Of a stretch of 64,000 nt of DNA, positions 58,012-64,000 are shown in pieces. Position numbers and translations under genes: made by a program. Below the pieces are notes generated by a model that saw nothing but the letters and a program-made list of their open reading frames with translations, made no database searches and was not told where the DNA came from. The DNA is from Thermomicrobiales bacterium. GTDB taxonomy: Bacteria; Chloroflexota; Chloroflexia; Thermomicrobiales; CFX8. The stretch covers positions 4,933-68,932 of the forward strand of contig JAWKPC010000009.1 in assembly GCA_041390865.1 (NCBI GenBank), read 5' to 3'. The first letter of the stretch is position 1, and each line of letters starts with the position of its first letter.

Positions 58012-59155
58012 CCACTCGCCAGCTCACATCTCGTACCGAGATCGAAGACTTCGTTCACGGGCTCGTATTGTTCGGCACCGGAGGTGGTGGTGGACCGGCA
58101 GCTGGGATCATCAAGCGACTCACGTCCGAATTAGCAGCGGGCACGTACATCGGCTGGACCGATATCGACGACCTTCCTGACGACACCTGGACGTTCAGTA
58201 TCGCCGGTGTTGGCGGTCGTGCTCCTGCAGAGGGACCGGATCAGGCGCTGCTTGCCCGGACTGGGCTCAGCAAGCACCGGTACGAAGACTTCGGCGATAT
58301 GCTGCTTGAGGCCGCGCGGACGCTGACCGACCTGCATGCTGTCGAGCCAGGTGCGATCATTGCCGTTGAGCTGGGCAGCAGTAACACGGTCACGCCGATG
58401 CTTGTTGCCGCCCGGCTCGGAATCCCGCTCATTGATGGCGATTACTGCGGTCGAGCCAAGCCGGAGATACAGCAGTCGATGCTTGAGATCGCTGGTCATG
58501 GCGTCTGGCCGCTCGTCTTTGTTGATCGTTGGGGCGATATTGTGCACATCCCGAACGCGGTGAGTAGCGCGATGGTTGACCGGATCGGGAGGCACCTTTG
58601 CAGCGCATCGTTCGGTGGTGTGGCCGTTGCCCGCTCGCTGCTACCCTCTGCCGATGCTCGCAACGCCATCGTCAGGGGCTCATGTGAGATGTCGCTACAA
58701 GCCGGCCGCGTTCTGCGGCAGGCTAGGGAATCCGGCGATGATCCAGTCGTGGCGATCGTTGAACACCTCGGCGGGGCACACCTGTTCGACGGCAAAGTCG
58801 AACGCATTGAAGAGGACCCTGAAAGCGGCTATCAATTCCATCTTTGTACCCACCACTTAACTGGGGAAGGGGCGTTCGATGGGAAGAAGTGTGCCGTCTG
58901 GGTGAAGAACGAACATCATATCGTCTGGGTGGATGACCGCTGCCAAGCAATGAGTCGAGACATCATTGCGCTACTCGACCGGAGCGATGGCCGGCCTCTG
59001 ACCAATCATGAGATCGAACCGGGATTGAATGTCGCCGTCATCGCGATGCCTCCACTCGACGATCGCTGGCGTTTGAAGGCGGGCATCGATCTGCTCGGCC
59101 CACGTGCCTTCGGATCGATTTCGATTACGAGCCGGTCGAAAGCCTCGTCCGGTAA
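58008..59155 (+). pseudogene. divergent DUF917-like protein (paralogue 3), 1-nt deletion about 45 nt before its stop
   Basis: ATGA overlap with paralogue 2. Motifs GLVLFGTGGGGGPAAG and ..VELGSSNTV..IDGDYCGRAKPE... The family tail IDFDYEPVESLVR** (TAA 59153-59155) is reached only by a frame change at about 59110. As assembled, the frame reads through into paralogue 4. Confidence 0.7.
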
Positions 59156-59192
59156 TGAATACCGCCACTGCCCTAGATGGAGTACGTCCAGT

Positions 59193-60320
59193 ATGACCGC
59201 AAGCCCGATCAGGCAACTGGACCTTGAGGCACTCCAGGATTTGGCAGTCGGTTCGGCGCTCCTCGGCACGGGCGGAGGCGGCGACCCATTCATCGGACGG
59301 ATCATCACCGAGCAGGCGATTCGGAAGTTCGGACCGGTTGAGGTCATTAGCCCTGATGAGCTAGTGCAGGATGATCTCGTGGTTGTCATCAGCATGTCCG
59401 GTGCGCCGACGGTCATGACCGAAAAGATTCCCAACGGCGAAGAGATGGATCGTGTCTTCAACCTCGCAGTCGAACATGCGGGATGCGACCCACGTGCTGT
59501 GATCTCCTTCGAAATTGGTGGAATGAATTCTCTCTTTCCGGTTGCCGTTGCCGCCCGGCATGGTCTGCCGCTTGTTGATGCCGATGGCATGGGAAGGGCC
59601 TTCCCCGAGTTCCAAATCACATCATTCAATGCAGGTGGCGTGCGCTTTGGTCCACGCTTCATCACAGATGAGAAAGGCAATGTCTTACGCATCGACGGGA
59701 TCGACGCAACCTGGCTCGAAAAAATAAACAGACGAGCACTCGTCGCCATGGGAGGTTCAGTCATATCGGCGATTGGTTTGACTGGCGAAGACGTCCGCCA
59801 GGCCTCGATTCATGGATCCATATCGCTGGCATGTGCGATTGGACGGACGTTAAGCAGACCAGGGGAGAGAGGTACGGGTTGGCTGCAACGGTTAGAGCAG
59901 GTCTGTCCGGTACTCCCGCTCTTCAAGGGCAAGGTCATTTCCGTCAATCGCCGCGTCGAAGGTGGCTGGGTAAAGGGACATGCCGAGATCGCTGGCCTCG
60001 AGGTTGACGGTAGTCAGACGGCCAGAATCGACTTCCAGAACGAGCATCTCCTGTTGCGATCCGATGTAGGAACCAAGACCGGACGAGTTCTCGGCTCGAC
60101 GCCGGATCTTCTCGCTGTCCTGGATAGCGAAACCGGGTTGCCGATCACGACCGAGCGGTTGCACTACGGTCAGCGTGTCACGATCATCGGTATTCCCTGC
60201 GATCCCATCTGGAGAACCGAACGTGGCTTGGAACTCGCGGGGCCGCGCTATTTCGGTTGGGATATTGAATATGTACCGATTGAGAAGCGAATGGAATCTG
60301 CATTGTTTCGTCTGTGGTAG
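59193..60320 (+). CDS. DUF917-family protein (paralogue 4)
   Basis: The ATG at 59193 gives MTASPIRQLDLEALQDLAVGSALLGTGGGGDPFIG..FEIGGMNS..VDADGMGRAFPEFQ..GPRYFGWDIEYVPIEKRME... Intact. Confidence 0.8.
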   Translation: MTASPIRQLDLEALQDLAVGSALLGTGGGGDPFIGRIITEQAIRKFGPVEVISPDELVQDDLVVVISMSGAPTVMTEKIPNGEEMDRVFNLAVEHAGCDPRAVISFEIGGMNSLFPVAVAARHGLPLVDADGMGRAFPEFQITSFNAGGVRFGPRFITDEKGNVLRIDGIDATWLEKINRRALVAMGGSVISAIGLTGEDVRQASIHGSISLACAIGRTLSRPGERGTGWLQRLEQVCPVLPLFKGKVISVNRRVEGGWVKGHAEIAGLEVDGSQTARIDFQNEHLLLRSDVGTKTGRVLGSTPDLLAVLDSETGLPITTERLHYGQRVTIIGIPCDPIWRTERGLELAGPRYFGWDIEYVPIEKRMESALFRLW

Positions 60321-60333
60321 CGATAGGTATTCC

Positions 60334-61441
60334 GTGAATATCGACGTAATTGAGCAACTTGATCTCGAGGCAGTCCAAGACCTGGCCGTAGGCTCAGCTC
60401 TCCTCGGAACCGGTGGCGGAGGTGATCCGTTCATCGGACGGATTATCGCAGAGCAAGCTATCCGGGAATTTGGGGCGGTCGAGATGATTAGACCGGAGGC
60501 ACTCGCAGACGATGACCTGGTTATCGTCGTCGGTATGGCCGGCGCGCCAACGGTCATGACAGAAAAGATCCCCAATGGAGCGGAGATAGACCGCGTCTAT
60601 AATTCTGTCATCGAACAGCTGGGACGTAGCCCGCGTGCCATGATCTCCTTCGAAATCGGCGGGATCAATTCGCTCTTCCGGTCGCTGCTGCCGCTCGACG
60701 GGGCTTAGCGCTTGTTGATGCCGACGGGATGGGGCGTGCATTTCCTGAGTTCCAGATGTCCTCTTTCAACGTTGGAGGAGTGCGGTTCTGGCCCGCTTTT
60801 TGCGGCCGATGAGAAGGGAAACGCGATACGGATCGACGGTATCGACGCGAGCTGGATCGAGCGGATTGTCCGTCAGTCTCTCGTAGCAATGGGAGGGTCG
60901 GTTATGTCGGCGATTGGCCTGACCGGGAAAGACGTCCGCCTCACTTCGATTCACGGATCCATCTCAGTTGCTTGCAGCATTGGTCGGGCGCTCAGCCGTC
61001 CAGATAAGACCACTGGAGACTGGCTTGAACGTTTGCGACAGATCTATCCCATCCTTCCGCTTTTCAGTGGGAAGGTCACTTCCATCGATCGCCGTGTTGA
61101 AGCCGGCTGGGTCCGGGGCATGCCGTCGTCACAGGGCTTAGAGAAGACGCGCACCAGCAAGCGAGGATCAATTTCCAGAACGAGCATCTCTTACTTCGAT
61201 CTACCGTCGGAGACAACGGCGGTCAGATTCTTGGCTCGACACCGGATCTTCTCGCTGTTCTCGACAGCGAGACAGGATTGCCCATTACGACCGAGAGATT
61301 GCACTATGGACAGCGCGTCACGATCGTTGGTATTCCTGCGATCCCATCTGGAGAACCGAACGTGGCTTGGAACTCGCGGGGCCGCGCTATTTCGGTTGGG
61401 ATATTGAATATGTACCGATTGAGAAGCGAATGGAAGCGTAG
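60334..61441 (+). pseudogene. DUF917-family protein (paralogue 5), tandem duplicate of paralogue 4 with at least 4 indels
   Basis: The GTG at 60334 gives VNIDVIEQLDLEAVQDLAVGSALLGTGGGGDPFIG... It is colinear with paralogue 4 throughout but needs frame changes at about 60685, 60790, 61130 and 61336. It ends ..IEKRMEA* at 61439-61441. Confidence 0.75.
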
Positions 61442-61539
61442 CTGGAATCACCTATATATCTCTTGCAGCACGGCAAGCGGACAGCAGCGTAGGGATCGCT
61501 GGAGACGACGAGAAACCAGAGTAGTAAAGGAGCAGAGAT

Positions 61540-62631
61540 ATGCCGTGGGATCTAACACATGAAGACGTCGAGCGGATAGCGATTGGCGCCGGGATTCTCG
61601 GCACCGGCGGCGGCGGAATCCCTATCGGGGAATGATTCGAGCCCAGCATCAACTCGAACTGGGCCGCAAGCTGACGATCGTCAAGCTGGACGAATTGCCG
61701 GATGATGCGCTCGTCGTCCCGATGGGTGGAATGGGAGCCCCGACGGTCGGACTGGAGAAGATCGGACGGGGTGACGAGGGAAAGGTAGCAGTTGAGGCGA
61801 TGAGAGACTATCTCGGCGTCGACATCGTGGCGACCGCTCCGATCGAGATCGGTGGTGGCAATTCCTTCGCACCGATGATCGCTTCTGCCCACCTCGGGAT
61901 CCCGACCGTCGACGTTGATGGGATGGGACGGGCTTTTCCGGAAGGCTCAATGATTAGCTATTATTTCGACGGTGTTGCGGCATCTCCGATCGTTATGGTC
62001 GATTCGCAGCACCAGAAGATTATCCTCGAAAATGTTGCCCCACACCCGTTCGCTCGAGCGAATATCCCGAGCGATCTGTGTCCAGCTCGGTGGCAGTGCG
62101 ATGGTTGTCGACGAACCGTTGACGGTCAAGAAACTGAAGGAAACCGGCATTCCGGACACCATCACACTGGCTTACCGTGTCGGTGACGCGGTGAAGGCAG
62201 CTCAAGCGACTGGCGCGGACCCGATCCAGGCCGTGTGTGAAGCGAACGAAGGGCGCATTCTCTTCGCCGGCAAGATTACCGACGTGGACCGCCGGGTCGA
62301 ACGCGGTTACAACTTCGGCCGTCTCAAGATCGACGGCCTTGATACCTACCAGGGCAGTCAGGCGACGATTGATCTCCAGAACGAGTTCCTGATCTGCCGG
62401 GTTGACGGTGAGATGGTCGCAATCGTCCCGGATCTCATCACTATGGTCGATACCGAGCGAGGTGAGCCGATCACGACTGAGGTCGTTCGCTACGGTCTCC
62501 GGGTCACGGTCATCGGGATGCCTGCGCCGCCGCAACTCACGACCGAACAAGCAATGCAGTTTGTCGGTCCTCAGGCATTCGGCTATGACGAGCCGTATGT
62601 GCCATTCAAGACGCTGGTAGCTGCGGTCTGA
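61540..62631 (+). pseudogene. DUF917-family protein (paralogue 6), 2 frameshifts
   Basis: AAGGAG precedes the ATG at 61540, giving MPWDLTHEDVERIAIGAGILGTGGGG... It continues in ORF 61632..62186 (..PIEIGGGNSF..VDVDGMGRAFPE..) and then ORF 61972..62631 (..GPQAFGYDEPYVPFKTLVAAV*). Confidence 0.75.
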
Positions 62632-62670
62632 GATGGCACGATCAATTCGAGGCGTACGGAGGCTCGACTG

Positions 62671-64000
62671 GTGATTGGAAACGAGAAGGGAAGTGGAATC
62701 CTCCTCGGTATCGATATCGGCGGAACGTTCACCGACGTTGTCGTCTACGATCCCGAGAACGGCAATCTCCACATGGCGAAAGCACCCTCAAATCCGACCC
62801 AGCCAGCTTCGGCTTTTTTCGCCGGAATCGACAAGGTGTTCAGTGAGCAGCATCTCGAGAGCAGACAGCTTGCTCGGATTCTGCATGGCAGCACGGTCGC
62901 GACGAACGCCGTGCTCGAAGGCTCGGGGAGCCGGCTTGGACTGATTACGACCGAGGGATTTGGTCATATCCTGGAGATCGGGCGTGCCTATATCCCAGGG
63001 ATCTTCACCAACTACATGCGCTGGGAAAAGCCTGAGCGTCTCGTTCCCCTCCAGAGCGTTGTCGAGATTCCCGAACGTCTCGCGGTGAACGGTTCCATAG
63101 TGCGGGAATTCAACGATGATCTTGCCCACGAACGTATCGCGGTGCTGATCGCGTCGGGCGTCGAAGCAATCGCTGTCTCTCTCTTGCATAGTTATGTAAA
63201 TCCCGATCACGAGCGGCGTGTTGCGGAGATCATCCATGAGATCGCGCCGGACATGCCAGTATCGCTCTCATCGGACATCCTGCCGGAATACCGTGAATAT
63301 GAGAGGACCATGACAACGGTTCTCAACTCCTTCGTCATGCCTGCGGTTTCACGGTACCTCGGCGAGATTGGAAATGGGCTTGAATCGCGCGGTATCGATG
63401 CAGATCTCCACATCGTCCGTTCCGATGCCGGAGTGATGAGCCTGGCGGCAGCGCGGGAGCGGCCGGTTAACACGGTCCTCTCAGGGCCGGCCGGAGGCGT
63501 TCAGGCAGCGGCGCATCTGGCCGACGCAGCCGGATTCCCGCACATCGTCTCGCTTGACATGGGCGGGACATCGACGGATGTCTGTCTGAGCACGTCGGCC
63601 GAGCCACGGCTTTCGACCGACACCTGGGTATCTCATTATCCGATCAAGGTGCCGATCATCGACATCACGACGATCGGAGCCGGCGGCAGTTCGTCGCCTA
63701 CGTATCCTCCGCCGGAGCCTTGCGGGTCGGACCGCGCAGCTGGGGCCGACCCGGTCCCGCCTGCTACGGGCGCGGCGGCACGGCCCCGACCGTTACCGAC
63801 ACTAACCTGGTCCTGGGCCGTTTGCCGGTCAAGCTAGCCGGCGGCGAGATCGAACTGGATGTCGAACGTTCCCGCGACGCCATCGAGAGAGATTGCCAAA
63901 CCGCTTGCTATGTCCGTAGAGGATGCCGCCTACGGCATCTCTTCGCATCGTCAACGAGAACATGCTCGGCGCGCTGAGGGTTGTCAGTGTCCAGCGAGGG
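62671..64000 (+). pseudogene. N-methylhydantoinase A / oxoprolinase (HyuA-type), at least 2 frameshifts, runs off the window
   Basis: GILLGIDIGGTFTDVVVYD.., ..DMGGTSTDVCL.. and ..DITTIGAGGSS are in ORF 62671..63837. The continuation ..LRVGPRS..GPACYGRGGTAPTVTDTNLVLGRL.. is in ORF 63720..63977, then ..AKPLAMSVEDAAYGI.. is in a third frame. Confidence 0.8.

Larger units (their letters stand above)
59193..61441 (+). repeat. Tandem duplication of a roughly 1.13-kb DUF917 gene unit
   Basis: The units 59193-60320 and 60334-61441 are colinear (roughly three-quarters nucleotide identity by eye). They end in a 99-nt tract that is identical in both (60198-60296 = 61337-61435). Confidence 0.8.

Noticed and set aside
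58008-60320. A 770-aa ORF in the track that looks like a natural fusion of two DUF917 domains.
   Set aside because: The family C-terminus of the first half (IDFDYEPVESLVR followed by TAA TGA at 59153-59158) is present in a +1-shifted frame. A good ATG for the second half is at 59193. The fusion is a read-through created by a single missing base near 59110.

Overview
This is a high-GC bacterial window; the taxon cannot be assigned from sequence alone. Lipobox/TAT-anchored binding proteins with long acidic tethers and the gene content suggest Chloroflexota or Actinomycetota. It carries about 60 genes and no rRNA or CRISPR array. Intact housekeeping and catabolic genes alternate with blocks in which nearly every gene is frame-disrupted as assembled.

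**Main units**
- 0.7-2.7 kb: a decayed TcmP / DUF5131 (three-Cys motif) gene pair.
- 2.8-10.6 kb: intact small-molecule genes (RidA, AzlCD, a MocR regulator, an MBL hydrolase, DUF3179, MOSC, DUF385).
- 12.3-16.4 kb: a decayed Ser/Thr kinase and a decayed PP2C-GAF-PAS-adenylyl-cyclase gene.
- 20.7-33.4 kb: the most interesting block. A roughly 10 kb same-strand run encodes a hypothetical protein, a 1249-aa SARP/BTAD-AAA-TPR regulator, a cytoplasmic S8 peptidase, an unassigned decayed region, an APH-type kinase, a HopA1-like protein and a LanC-like cyclase. The last three form the three-component architecture of class V lanthipeptide synthetases. The block is flanked and internally punctuated by three promoter-like sites that carry (N)TAAGAA heptads at 11-bp periodicity, the SARP binding-site architecture.
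- 33.9-37.1 kb: a hydrolase operon that includes a GatC-like small protein next to an amidase.
- 37.3-46.7 kb: a fully intact LacI-controlled locus (two creatininase-family genes, an RraA-like gene, a peptide-type ABC importer and GGT).
- 46.8-48.1 kb: a low-GC scar with a decayed GIY-YIG gene and a 3' fragment of a long-arm tRNA.
- 48.4 kb to the window end: a lower-GC, heavily frame-disrupted locus. It has an Lrp regulator, an ABC importer, six DUF917 paralogues (one a tandem duplicate sharing a 99-nt identical tract), two hydantoinase/oxoprolinase genes and an M29-like gene.

All family assignments come from motif and pattern recognition on the translations. No database search was run.
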